Positions 12,531 through 24,872 of a DNA stretch of 64,000 nucleotides are shown here, in pieces; position 1 is the first letter of the stretch, and each line of letters starts with the position of its first letter. A program made the position numbers and the translations under genes. The DNA is taken from NCBI GenBank assembly GCA_976551045.1, contig CDPCPM010000665.1, forward strand, positions 186,001 through 250,000, written 5' to 3'. Below the pieces are notes generated by a model. That model had not been told where the DNA came from. It saw only the letters and a program-made list of their open reading frames with translations, and did no database searches. The stretch comes from Glaucostegus cemiculus (lineage: Eukaryota).

Positions 12531-14024
12531 GATGCAAGGAGCTCAAATAATATGTTTAATTTATTCAAGGTTTCTTCACAGACTGGCCAGAGCTTTCTAT
12601 ACACATTGTTGCAACCTCATGATGTGTTCCTTAAAGGGGGACAGCCTATGAAGTAACAATCATTGTACTCAATCACTATTACGTGTACTACACAGCTTCC
12701 CGCCTTAAAAATAAGTTGATCTAATTATTTAAACAAATTTTTTAGAGCTGCTGGTTTCTGAAATCTCTGTGATGTGAAGGGAATTGAGGGAGGTCTAGGA
12801 TTAGTGGAGGAAGGTGGTGGTGAGGTAAGTGATCTTATTAGATGATGGCGAAGGTGCGAGGGACCAAATGGCTAATCCTGCTGTTTCTTATACTCTAACG
12901 TTTACAATAGTACTTGTGTTACTTGTGTCAAAGTGGCAGATTCACCAGGAATTGTGCCTGAGTGCAGTATCATCCGTGGCTGCACTTGACTCAGTCATCA
13001 TCTATTGATTCCTCTTGAGCAAAAGGTAGACTCACTTCAGGAAAATATTCGATCGTACAGCCCATTTTTCTATTCTCCCAAGTATTGTTCATTCAGTGGT
13101 CACTGTGAACTCTACAGAGACCTCTTCTCTCCTCTGACCTGCTGGGAGATCTTAGCACACAAGCTGCCCTGCAGGCTGAATCTCGTTTCCTTGCAGTTAA
13201 TTGCCCTGTTTTAATTGCCTCACCTCCACATTCCATTCCAAATTTGGTTAGTTGAGGCTCAGCAGCTTTCACAGTCTTCTATTCATTAACATTTCAGGCA
13301 GCATCTGTCCCGTTGTGCAGTGTGGTGTTATTCTATAGCTGAGGAGAAATACTGCAAGTTGGCGTTTTGTGATGAAGTTTGATTGATCGTCTGTGACCTG
13401 TTTCTTCAGTGCCTCCTTTACCGCATGAACTGACCTTTCTATATTCCCATTTGAAGCTGGGTGACTAGAAGTAAAAGGGCCTTTTATTCCATTGTTGTTT
13501 ATGAGTCCTTCAAACTGAAAAGATTTAAGCTGTGGACTGTTATTTGATATGAATTATTCATTATACGGCAGTGATTGATCTGAATTTCTCTATCATGTGT
13601 TCTGTGGTAGTGCATGCCCAGAAGCTTCTAGAGACCTGAATGGAATTTCAGTTAATTCACAGTAGTTGTTACACCATTGTAATCCATGCAGAACTGCTGG
13701 AATTACTTTGTATACCTAGCATGATGCACTTGGATGCTGTGTTCTGCAATCTTGACATACTAGCTAGGTCTTCTATACACCTGGCCAATTGACAAATGCT
13801 CCATCCACTGTCTTTACAGTTACCATACCCAGTGGTTCTGCATGGAGTTCTTCCATAATTTTGGTTTATAATTCCTTCCGTATCACTACACTGTGTTCCA
13901 ACTTCATACATCACCAGTTGGTGGACAGTTCAAGTTCTCCATCCACTGAAAGTGTGTTGATACACCTGCCTCAAAGCAGGAGCATTCTGTGTAGTCATGA
14001 AGTTGTACCACACTCCTTTAGCCC

Positions 14025-15297
14025 ACTGTGACCATGTTGACCATTGTACTTACCTGTACTAATTTCATTTACCAGCATTAGGTCCATAGCCGTTTTTGCC
14101 CTGGCAATTCAAGTGCATGTCTAGAAGCTTCTTAAATGTTTAGAAACATTTTAGAGTACCTGCTTCCATTATCTCCTCAAGTAGTGCATTCCAGACTCTA
14201 ATCACTCTGTGTGAAAATATTTCCCCTCAGATCTCCTCTTAACTCCTACCTCTCCTCACCTGATATCTATCCCCTCTTGTTTTAGACACTCCCACCAAGG
14301 GGGAAAAAATCTTACTGCCTATCCCATCCGCCCCCCTCATAATTTTATTTACCTCCATCAGGTCACCCCCTCAGCTTGCTCTGCTCTGGGGAAAACAAAC
14401 CCAGCCCATCCACAGTTTTATTTTATTTTCATTGGATGCTGGAATTCTGAAACAAACAGAAGACGCTGGAAAAACTCAGAAGCCAGGCAGCATTTGTGGA
14501 AAGAAAAGCAGTTAATGCTTCAGGTCTGTGACCCTTCATCAGGACTTTCCCAGTTCCGATGAAGGATCATAGACCCGAAACATTGAATCTTTCTCTTTCC
14601 ACAGATTTTTCCAGCATTTTCTGTTTTTGACCTAGCCAGCCCAATATCTCTGTGCAGCTGAAATGCTCCAATCCAGGCAACATCCTGCTGAATCTCCTCT
14701 GTACCCTCTCCAGCACAATCACATTGTTCCTCTCGTCTGGTGACCAGAACTGCACACAATACTTCAAGTATGGTCTAACCAATGCTTTACACAGATGTAA
14801 CAGTAAGTCCCTATTCACTGCCATGGCTGGTGAAGGCAAGCATCTCATATGCCTTCTTCGTTACCCTAAATGTACCTGTGCTGCCACTTTCAGGGGTCAG
14901 TGGACTTGCACTCCAAGGTCTCTCAGTTCATCAACACTCTGAAGGATCCTACCATTTAATGTGTATGTCCTACCCTTACTGGACCTTCTAAATGCATCAC
15001 TGCACTTGTTAGGATTAAATTCCATCTGTTATTGCGCCACCCAACCTTCCAGCTGATCAACATCATCCTGTAACCTGAAACGATCCTCCTCACTATTTAC
15101 AACACAAATTTTTGTATTCTCTGCAGACTTTCTAATCATACCTCCTGCATTCATGACCAAGGTGTTAATGTATATCACAAACATCAGGGATCCCAGCACT
15201 GATCCTTGTGGTACGCCACTGGTCAAAGACTTCCAATCAGAAAAGCTGCCATCCACCACGCCCCTCTGTCTCTATTACCAAGTCAATTTGGATCCAA
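14025..15297 (-). mobile_element. Decayed CR1, interrupted by a palindromic Penelope-derived insert
   Basis: ORFs 15029-15259 ([11 protein letters not shown]) and 14567-14848 ([15 protein letters not shown]...ERVQRRFSRMLPGL). Confidence 0.85.
14434..14630. mobile_element. Palindromic Penelope-derived mini-element with two hammerhead-like cores
   Basis: Inverted arms meeting at about 14545-14552. Minus arm CTGATGA-agGGTCacaGACCt-GAAG; plus arm CCGATGA-aggatcatagaccc-GAAAC. Confidence 0.8.
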
Positions 15298-15719
15298 AAT
15301 TGTAGTGTAACTGTAGCTACTTCTGTTGCTGTGACAAAGGAATCATTTTCCATATTCTGCAGAGTACAGATTTTATTTTTCTATATCCATTGTGGCACCT
15401 CCATAGGTTAGACTCCTTAAGGTGTTTGTTGTTATTTTGTTTGGATGCTCCAAGTCCAGGAACTCGAATAGATTACTAACCACTTTCTCAACCTGCCTTG
15501 CCACTTCCAACATACATTACACATATACTCTTCTTAGCAAGAGGTTAGTTCATGTCTACATTCTTAATGACACCATTTTGAGAGCAAGAACTGGTCCCAA
15601 AATGTACTGGTGTGAATAATCTCGCCAATAAGAGCTGGTGAAACCTCACAACTCTAAGTGCAATTAGCAGCATCATCTTGAACCAAGTGTAATTCTGTTT
15701 GCTTTTGATTAGTGGGTGT

Positions 15720-16330
15720 GACTCATAAGCAATAGGCTTCTCCTTGGTCACTGTCTACAATATGGTTAAATCACTACCTCAACCAAGTGTGTCTACCCCA
15801 CTACTACATCCCTGACCCTAAACATTCATTTAAAGAAGTTTTTCCTTGTGCCATTTCTGATTGTTAATTCTGCATCACCTGGCTCTTGGCTCTTCCACAA
15901 TGGGAGCAATTTCTCTCACTCATACCTGTCATGATTTAAAATCCTCTCACATCCTCTTCCTTTCCTGTTTGCATAATTAATGTCCCTCATCTGTGGAATC
16001 ACTTTGGCAAATCCCTTCCACATCCTCTCTAAAGGCTTCGCATCTTTCCACATTACTCCTGACTGTGGCTGAACCAGTTTGTTGTAAATTCCTTGCTCTT
16101 GTACTCCATGCCTCTGTCCAGAAACTCAAACAGATTACTAACCACTTTCTTGACCTGCCTTGCCACTATCAACATACAATACACACATACTCTGTTCTTG
16201 TATACTTATTGCTCTCTAGTTTATATTGCTTCTTGCTGCCAAAAATGGATTGGATATCACTGTTAAATTGCATCTGTCTGCCCTTTCTGCTCATTCCACG
16301 AGCCTGCCCATACCTCCTTGAAGTCCTCCA
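15720..16330 (-). mobile_element. Highly decayed CR1 3' region
   Basis: Patchy similarity to the other minus-strand CR1 3' ends (gttaaattgcatctg, cctccttgaagtc). Confidence 0.5.
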
Positions 16331-18134
16331 TGCAGTTCACTATGTGTGTTTCTAGTTTTGAAGAGCTCCACTCCTTAGTGGGGTTTCCAGTGAAACTCAT
16401 GACAGGCCTGCTCTTTTGTACTGTATACCATTTTGACGTTTATGAGTTTTGACTTCATCCAAATCAAATGTTGTAGCTGTTACTTTTCCCCTGTGTTCCA
16501 ATGTGTCGCGGTTAATCGTGAGCTTCACGGACTTGCCCTATCACCATAGTCATGCAGTCACTTTCCTTGTTTTCTCACTGTCCTCATTACCTGTGTGAAA
16601 TGTGTGGGTTCTCTTGCTCTAATGAAGACCATTGCAGATACATGGAGTTCAAAGCATATGCAGTTTATTCAGAGGCTCTGTGCATCTTGTCTCTGGAACG
16701 TTGATACGACCTGGAGAGCGTTTGGTCACATGTCAAATGGTCACACTATGGAAGGAGACTTCTTGGCTATTGAGTTTGTGCCGAGGCTGGGAGTGATCCA
16801 GTCTTAAAGTAATAATCATTATTCACAAACAAAATGCCCTATCTATAACCAGTGCTGTCACATTAAACTAATATCACCAAAGCAATTGCCTGAGAAACTG
16901 TAATTTCACAATGAATAAAAAGTAATTGTACTAGTTTCAAGCCTTTTCGTGCTGATGGATGGAACACAAAAAATTCTCATTGTGTTTGATTTCAGTTCAG
17001 TAATTGTAGTTTTGAAGAAAATGTCAATAGCCATTTTTAATCAGCAGACTCTGATAAAGGGCAGTGAAATGAAGAGCAGTTTGTCTGGTTCTGGTGTTTT
17101 GTTTGAGTTAGGGGACTCGTGTCAGGGCACCAGCAAAACATGTTGTAAAACAGAAGCAGAATTAACGGGTTTCTGTCTCCTCAGATCCTGCCTGATTTGC
17201 TGAGCATTTCCAGTAGATTTTCGTTTTAGTTTCAGATACCAGCATTCAGAGTATTTTCTGTTAGGTAGATTCTGTTGTCTTATATATTGCGTCAGGATCT
17301 TTAACTTGCAGCTGAACACAAGGATACGATTTTAGTTTAATGTTTCTTCCAAAGGACATTGACTCTGAACAAGCAGTAACCCCACATTCTGCTTTAAGTG
17401 GAGTCAAAACCAATCATTGTCTCCTGACAATGCTGGACCTGGTGCCAAACACTCTTCTGGCACATGGGAGTGACCAGTAATCCTGCTTATCTCTTCCTGG
17501 ACTTTTGGCACCTTGATCACTGGATAACCATTTGGCACTTTTAATGTACACTGATGTCCTACCATTACTTTCCACCTTGAACAGATTTATTTTTAATTGA
17601 ATAATAACATTCAAAGCACAAAAACTGCTTTGACCTAAATGTCTGAATGAAGTTTGCCTTCAACTTCAGCGCCCAGCAGGTTGTCTGCATTGTTGCAGCC
17701 TCTGATCTCTATTATGCATATATGGGACTTGATTTATCATCAACAGCCCTGATACAGTGGCACCTGCTGCAGTGAAAAGTTGCTGACTGCACGGCTTGAG
17801 AAACCATTTTAAAGCAGGAAGTGATGCTTGTTCATCAGTGCATTTATTACCAGGTTTAATAGAATACTTGGCTCGTCAAAAAAAGAAAAGCAGAGTGTAT
17901 ACGACCATGCAGTCTGTTCCATCAGGCTGGATACTGCTACAGTGGATGTGCTGAGCCATCTTTCTCCTCAATATATCTCTGAGATTGAATAGAGTGTTCA
18001 AACAAAATGCCACTGCAGACACCTTAATGAGACCACATTGGACGTAGAGAAACAAAACTTGTACTCTGCAGGAAGTGGGAAATGATTTTGTTGTCACAGC
18101 AGCAGAAACGGCTAATGTCCTCGAACTTGCATCG

Positions 18135-19010
18135 TGAAATCGTAGAATATTTACGACACAGAAGGAGGCTGTTTGGCCCACTGTGTGTGTGCCAGCCTAA
18201 TCACACCTTCCAGCACGAGGTTTGTCATCCTGCAAGTTACAGCTGGTCAGGTCCAAGTTCAACCAATGAGAACTTCTATTATCCTCTTAGACAGTAAGTT
18301 CCAGACTCCTAGCACTCCTCGGATGGAAAAAAAACTTCCTCCATCTCCCCTCTGTCATCTTTCTACTACTACTAGACTGTCATCTGTTTCTGACCCCCTG
18401 TGCTTAAGGAAATAGGTACTGCCTATTTAAATTGAATGCAACTGAATCAAATCTCCCTTCTGCCCCATATAAGTAAATCCAACCTAACTAACCTTTCCTC
18501 CAAGCTGCAGTTTTTCAGTCCTGTTAACAAATCTCTGCACACTGCAGTGCAGTTGCATTTTCCTGCAATGTGGTTACATGAACTCAATGTAGTACTCAAG
18601 CTGCAGCCTAACTGGTGCTGTGTACAATTCTTCCATGGCCTCCTTGCTCTTAAAGTTGATGCCTTCACTCGTAAGGGAAAGCATCCTGTAGGTTCAGAGT
18701 CAGATGTCCTGCTCTCTTACTTCTATTCCAAATTCTTATCCTTATGCCTTTTTAGCCACCTTATCGTCCTGTCCTGCTACTTTTAGAGATCTGTGAACTT
18801 ACACTCCGAGGTCTCTCAGTCTCTCCATACCCCTCCTCCCATTTATTATATGTTTCCTTGACTTTCTGAACTACATACATCACCTCACATTTCTCTGGAT
18901 TAAATTCAGATTTTACATTTTTCTGCCCAACCTGTCTATATCTTGTTGTAGTCTAAAGCTTCCCTGTTTACTGTAAGTCACGTGACCAGTATTAGTTCTA
19001 ATATTGCCCC
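18135..19010 (-). mobile_element. Decayed CR1 3' region
   Basis: Tail acagaaggaggctgtttggccc; cacctcacatttctctggattaaattc resembles the reverse of the EFNP-KCEV motif. Confidence 0.65.
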
Positions 19011-20686
19011 CTTTGCCTCTTTTGTGCTAGACTTGCATCACAATGCTGGTTGATCTTGTTAACTGTACTAATATGCGAAACTCTAGACAAATAATACCAT
19101 CTTAGATATTTTCACCAGCGTAAGATAATTTGCATTGTATATGTAAACGCCAGTCATATTAACTTCACTCAGATTAAGATAACTGACAGTGATCCTCAGC
19201 ACTTTGGGGTTATTTTTCAAATAGATCATTTTTCATGTGTTCTTCCTAGCAGAATGAGCTGACCTGCTTCTTTTGAGAGGTGAATTAACTACGCTGGCAT
19301 CCAGAAAAGGAGTTGAGCCATTTCCACAGGATGATTTGTCAGGTGTTACTGGTGAATCAGGCCTCGCATTATCAGCACTCCACTCTGACTTAGCATAGTA
19401 AATTTTATTTATAGCACTTGCCTCTTAAAGAGTAAGCTTTTGAGTCAGCACCAGTATTGACAGGTTTTTTTCTGTTTAACTGCTCAGTAGATTGTAAGTC
19501 CCAACAACCTAGTGAGTAAACAAGGGTGCATTTAAAAAAAACTTGAATCAGAAAATCAGCAGAAATCAACTTTGAACCAGGCCACAATGGGTGTGAATTT
19601 TTGTTTAAAATTGTCCCGGTGCAGAACAGACATTTGAGCTGAGGAACCTGATTTCCTCTGTTTCTAAGAGTGTTCAGTGCTGAGGATGAGTTTAATTTCT
19701 GCTATTACCTTAATTTGCACTCAAAGATATTCATTATTTGTATGAAATCTGTATAACATCTTCTGTAGAAACAGATTTAGCTATTCTGAATCATTTATTG
19801 TATTCTGTGCAAAATTCTAAAGTGAGCCATGCACACAAGGGGATATCTATTTTTTGAAATCAGTAATGCTGAAAATTTCTGTTCTAAAGCATGTGGAATC
19901 AGTACTAATGGGAAAGGCTATTGAGATTGTGCCTACAATGCCTATTGTGCAAATATCACCTGAAGGTGGCACCAGAATGCAGACACCATGTAATAGTAAA
20001 GCTTTAGTCAAGCATAATTAGCCCCGCAAGCCATAACTGGGACTGTCCTCGACAACAACCTGCAAAAATACCATGCCAGTTTGCATTTGTATGCAGAACA
20101 CGCCAAACTTTATCTCATCAGTACCTCTCTTCACCTTTACTATCAACAACACATCTCTTATTTACTTTTCGGTATTGGGCATCACTGGCAAGTCTAGCAT
20201 TTTGTTGCTCACCCTGAATTGGCATCTAGAAGGCCTTTTTAAACTGCTGTAACACCTGGTGCTTCTGAGTGATGTTCTATGATTCAGACCCAGTGAAGAT
20301 GAAGAAACAACGTATTTCCAATTGGCATATATGTGGATTGAAGGGGAACCTGCAAGTGGGGGTGTTCCACTGTATCTGCTCCTACCTGGTGGCAGAAGTT
20401 TTGGGTTTGGGAAATGCTGCTGGAGTAGTCTGGGCAGGTAACTGCAGTGCGTTTGCAGATGGTTCACTGCAGGCACCATGAACTAGTGGTGGGAGGAATG
20501 AATGTTTAAGGCTGTGGATGGGTTACCACTCGTGTGGGCTTTTTTGTCCTGTGATTCAGAGATTCTGAGATTCAGAATCAGATTTATTATCACTGACGTA
20601 GGATATGAAATCTGTTTTGTGGCAACAGTAGAGTGCAAAGACATGAAGATTTATAAATTACAAAAATAAATAAATAGTGCAAAACA

Positions 20687-21219
20687 GAGAGGTGATGATG
20701 CTGCTTTACAAAACTCTAGCTCGACCGCACTTAGAATATTGTGTTCAGTTCTGGTCGCCGCATTATAGGAAGGATGTGGAGGCGTTGGAGAGGGTACAGA
20801 GGCGATTTACCAGGATGATGCCTGGATTAGAGGGTATGGAATATGAGGAGAGGCTTAAGGTGCTAGGGCTCTACTCGTTGGAGAGGAGGAGGATGAGAGG
20901 GGACTTGATAGAGGTGTATAAGATATTGAGGGGAATAGATAGAGTTGACAGCCTGAGCTGATATTGGGTGGAAAGTTTAGGGGAGATGTCAGAGGGAGGT
21001 TTTTCACCCAGAGAGTGGTTGGCGCATGGAATGCGTTTCCTGGGGTGGTAGTAGAGGCAGATACGTTGGACAGGTTCAAGAGATTGTTAGATAGGCACAT
21101 GGAAGAATGTGGAATAGTGAGATATGTGGGAGGAAAGAGTTAGATTGTGTGACATTTGAAGGACGGCACAACTTGGTGGGCCAAAGGGCCTGTTTTGTGC
21201 TGTATTGTTCTATGGTTCT
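20687..21219 (+). mobile_element. Young CR1 3' fragment nested in Rex
   Basis: [24 protein letters not shown]; candidate TSD AAAACA at 20681-20686 and 21220-21225. Confidence 0.92.
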
Positions 21220-22369
21220 AAAACAAAAATAATAACGAGGTAGTGTTCATGGATTCGTGGACCGTTTAGAAATCTGGTGGCGGAAGGGTAGAAGCTGTTC
21301 CTGAATCATTGAGTGTGGGTCTTTAGGCTCCTGTACCTCCTCCCTGATTATAATAATGAGGAGGGCATGTCCTGGATGATGAGGGTCCTTAATGATGGAT
21401 GCCACCTGCCTTCTTGAGACACCGGCTCTTGAAGATGTCCTCAGTGGTGGGGAGGGTTGTGCCCATGATGGAGCTGGCTGTGTCTACAACCCTCTGCAAC
21501 CTCTTGTGATTGTGTGCATTGGAGCCTCCATACCAGGCTGCGATGCAACCAATCAGGATACTCTCCACTGTACATCTGTAGAAATTTGCAAGAGTCTTTG
21601 GTGATAAACCGAATCTTCTCAAACTCCTAACAAAGTAAAGTTGCTGATGTGCCTTCTTTGTGATTGCATCCATGTGTTGGGACCAGGATAGATCCTCTGA
21701 GATGTTGATGCCTAGGAACTTGAAGCTGCTCACCATTTCCACTGCTGACCCCTTAATGAGGACTGGTGTGTGTTCTCCCGACTTCCCCTTCCTGAAGTTC
21801 ACAATCAGTTCCTTGGTCTTGCTGACGTTGAATGCAGGGTTGTTGTTGTAACACCACTCAACCAGCCGATCTATCTCACTCTTGTACGCCTCCTCATTGC
21901 TGTCTGAGATTCTGCCAACAACTGTGGTGTCATCAGTGAATTTATAAATGGTGTTTGATCTGTGCCTAGCCACCCAGTCATGAGGGTAGAGAGAGTAGAG
22001 CAGTGAGCTAAACACACATCCCTGAGGTGTGCCGGTGTTGATAGTCAGCGAGGAGGAGATGTTACTACCGATCTGCACTGACTGTGGTCTCCTGAATGAA
22101 GTTTTGGATTCAGTTGCAGAGGGGCCAGGTTTTCAGGCTTGGTTATTAGTACTGAGGGAATGCTGGTGTTGCATGTTGAGCTGTAACTGATAAACAGTAG
22201 CCTGATGTATGGTTTGCTGTTGTCTCGGTGCTCCAGAGCCAAGTGGAGAGCCAGTGAGATTGTGTCTGCTGTAGACCTGTTGTGGTGGGAGGCAGATTGC
22301 AGTGGGTCCAGGTCCTTGCTCAGGCAGGAGTTAATTCTGGCCATGACCAACCTCTCAAAGCACTTTATT

Positions 22370-22610
22370 GGGGTGGTACGATAGCATAGTGGTTAGCGCG
22401 CTGCTATTACAGCGCCAGTGATCGGGGTTCGATTCCCGTCACTGCCTGTAAGGAGTTTGTATGTTCTCCCGTGTCTGCGTGGGTTTCCTCCACATGCTCC
22501 GGTTTCCTCCCACATTCCAAAGATGTATGGGTAGGTTAATGTGTGTTTAAAATTGGCGACGTGGACTCGTTGGGCTGGAAGGGCCTGTTACCATGCTGTA
22601 AATTTAAAAA
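22370..22610 (+). mobile_element. V-SINE (HE1-type) with CR1/HER1 tail, nested in Rex
   Basis: A box tagtggttagc, B box ggttcgattcc, V-domain, tail ggactcgttgggctggaagggcctgttaccatgctgtaaat. Confidence 0.9.
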
Positions 22611-23235
22611 ATTACCTACGGTAGATGTGAGTACTACCGGGCAATAGTCGCTGAGGCAGCTCACCCTACTCTTCTTGGGCACTGGAACGATTGCTGCCCT
22701 TTTGAAGCAGGTGGGAGCCTCGGAATGCAGCAGTGAGAGATTGAAGATGTCTTTGAACACTCCACCCAGTTGGTTGGCACAGATTTTCAGTACCCTGCCA
22801 GGTGCACCATTGGGGCCTGACGTCTTGAGAGAGTTCACCTTCTTGAAGCATGTTTGGACGTCGGCCTCTGAGACAGAGGACACAGGTTTGCCAGATGCTC
22901 TGGGGATTTGCACAGGTGTAATATTGTTCTCCCTTTCAAAGCATGCATGAAAGGCGTTGTGTTCGCCGGGAAGTGAAGCATCACTGCCATTTATGTTGTT
23001 AGGTTTTGCCTTACAGGAAGTAATGGCATGCAAATCCTGCCACAGCTGTCGTGCATCCGACTCTGTCTCTAGTTTCACTTGGAATTGCCTTTTCATTCTC
23101 ATGATGGCCTTCTGTACATTGTACCTGGACTTCTTGTAGGATTCTGGATCGCTGCTCTTGAATGCCACAGATCTAGCCCTCAGCAGACTGCGAATCTCCT
23201 GGTTCATCAAGGGCTTCTGGTTTGGGAACACTTAG

Positions 23236-23598
23236 AACATAGAACATAGAAAAACCACAGCACAATTCAGGCCCTTCGGCCCACAAAGCTGTGCCAAACA
23301 TATCCCTACACTAGAAATTACTGGGCATTCCCATAGCCCTCTATCTTACTTAGCTCCATGTACCTATCTAACAGTCTCTTGAAAGACCCTATCGTATCCG
23401 CCTCCACCACTGCTTCCGGCAATCCATTCCACACACTCACCACTCTCTGAGTAAAAAACTTTCCCCTGACATCTCCTCTATATCTACTCCCCAGCACCTT
23501 AAACCTATGTCCTCTTGTGGCCACCATTTCAGCCCTGGGGAAAAGCCTCTGACTACCCACCCGATCTATACCTCATCATCTTATGTACCTTTATCAGA
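23236..23598 (-). mobile_element. Young CR1 3' fragment nested in Rex
   Basis: Near-identical to 9050-9400 in reverse; TSD ACTTAG at 23230-23235 and 23599-23604. Confidence 0.92.
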
Positions 23599-24394
23599 AC
23601 TTAGTATGTTCTCGAAGGCGCGCTCTCGTCCACACGGGTCTTGATGAAGTCAGTGGCAGCCGTGGCATCTTCATTCAGATCGGAAGATGAATCCCTGAAT
23701 ATGGTCCAGACCACCGATTCAAAGCAGTCCTGTAAACACTCCTCTGCCTCCCTTGGCCATACCTTCACGGTCCTCGGCACTGGTGCTGTGCTCCTCAGTC
23801 TCTGCCTAAATGCCGGGAGTAGAGGTACAGTCAGGTGATCGGATTTGCCAAAGTGATGAGTGTTATATGCTGCACTCATCCAGGCAAGAAGAACATACTT
23901 CATCACTCTTCTTGCAGATGGTAGAGAGACTTGAGGGTGTCAGGAGGGGATTTGCTTGCAACAAGATGCCCAGCATTTGACTTGTTCCTGTAGCCGTGTT
24001 ATTTACTGGGACATAAATAAAAGAGTAGGAGTAGGCCATTCACCCCAGTGAACCTGCTCTTCCATTCAAAATAATCACTAGCTGATCATCCAAATTGGGC
24101 ATTGCCAGAGAAAGGCTGGTCCGAGATTGATGGTGGGGATGGTAATGCCATTGAATGTCAAGGGTTGGTCATTGGACTCTCTTTTATTGGAATCAGCCAT
24201 TGTCTAGCACTTTGGTGGAATGACTATTACTGGGCAAATATCAGCCCATGCCTGAATATTGTCCAGGTCTTGATGCATGCCTGAAGGGGTGTCATTGATG
24301 ATATGGCTGAAGATGATCGGGCCCTGAGGAGCTCTTGCACTGATCTCTTCTAACTTTGAAGTGTTTTCCTCTTGATGCCCATTGACATCAGTTT

Positions 24395-24872
24395 TATTGG
24401 TATTGGTTTATTATTGTCACTTGTACCGAGGTACAGTGAAAAGCTTGTCTTACATACCAATCATACAGGTCAATTCATTACACAGTGCAGTTACAAAGTT
24501 AGTACAAAGTGCATTGAAATAGTACATTGAAAACAGTAACTACAGAATAAAGTGTCACAGATACAAAGAAAGTGCAGTGCGATAAGGTGCAAGGTTGCAC
24601 AAGGTAGAATGTGAGGTCACAGACCATCTCATTGTATAAGGGAACCGTTCAATAGTCTTATCATAGTGGCGAAGAAGCTGTCTTTAAGTCTGGTGGTGCG
24701 TGCCCTCACGCACCTGTATCTTCTACCCACTGGAAGAGGAGAGGAGAGAGAATGTCCCGGATGAGTGGGGTCTTTGATTATGCTGGCCGCTACACCAAGA
24801 CAACGAGAGGTAAAGACAGAGTCCTTGGAGGGGAGGCTGGTGTCCTTGATGCGCTGGGCTGTGTCCACAACC
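24395..24872 (-). mobile_element. Rex1/Babar 3' fragment
   Basis: ORF 24629-24868 (SIIKDPTHPGHSLSSPLPVGRRYR...TTRLKDSFF); (CCAATA)n tail. Confidence 0.88.

Larger units (their letters stand above)
20570..23857 (-). mobile_element. Rex1/Babar LINE (5'-truncated, disrupted) with three nested insertions
   Basis: ORFs 23601-23906 (GKSDH...LQDCFE), 22536-23231 (FPNQKP...GPNGAPGRVLK...IVPVPKK), 22045-22350 (LDPLQ...NRSTADTIS), 21389-22078 (TGTPQGCV...KFTDDTTVVG...KTKELIVNFRK). Tail (CTGAAT)n. Confidence 0.9.

Noticed and set aside
22370-22445. tRNA gene
   Set aside because: The A/B boxes belong to a tRNA-derived SINE head that runs into the V-domain; no complete cloverleaf. The same applies to the other SINE heads.
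21389-23906. RT ORFs as an active or domesticated gene
   Set aside because: Rex1/Babar ORF is broken by stops, frameshifts and nested insertions, and the catalytic motif reads FTDD in a fragmented frame.
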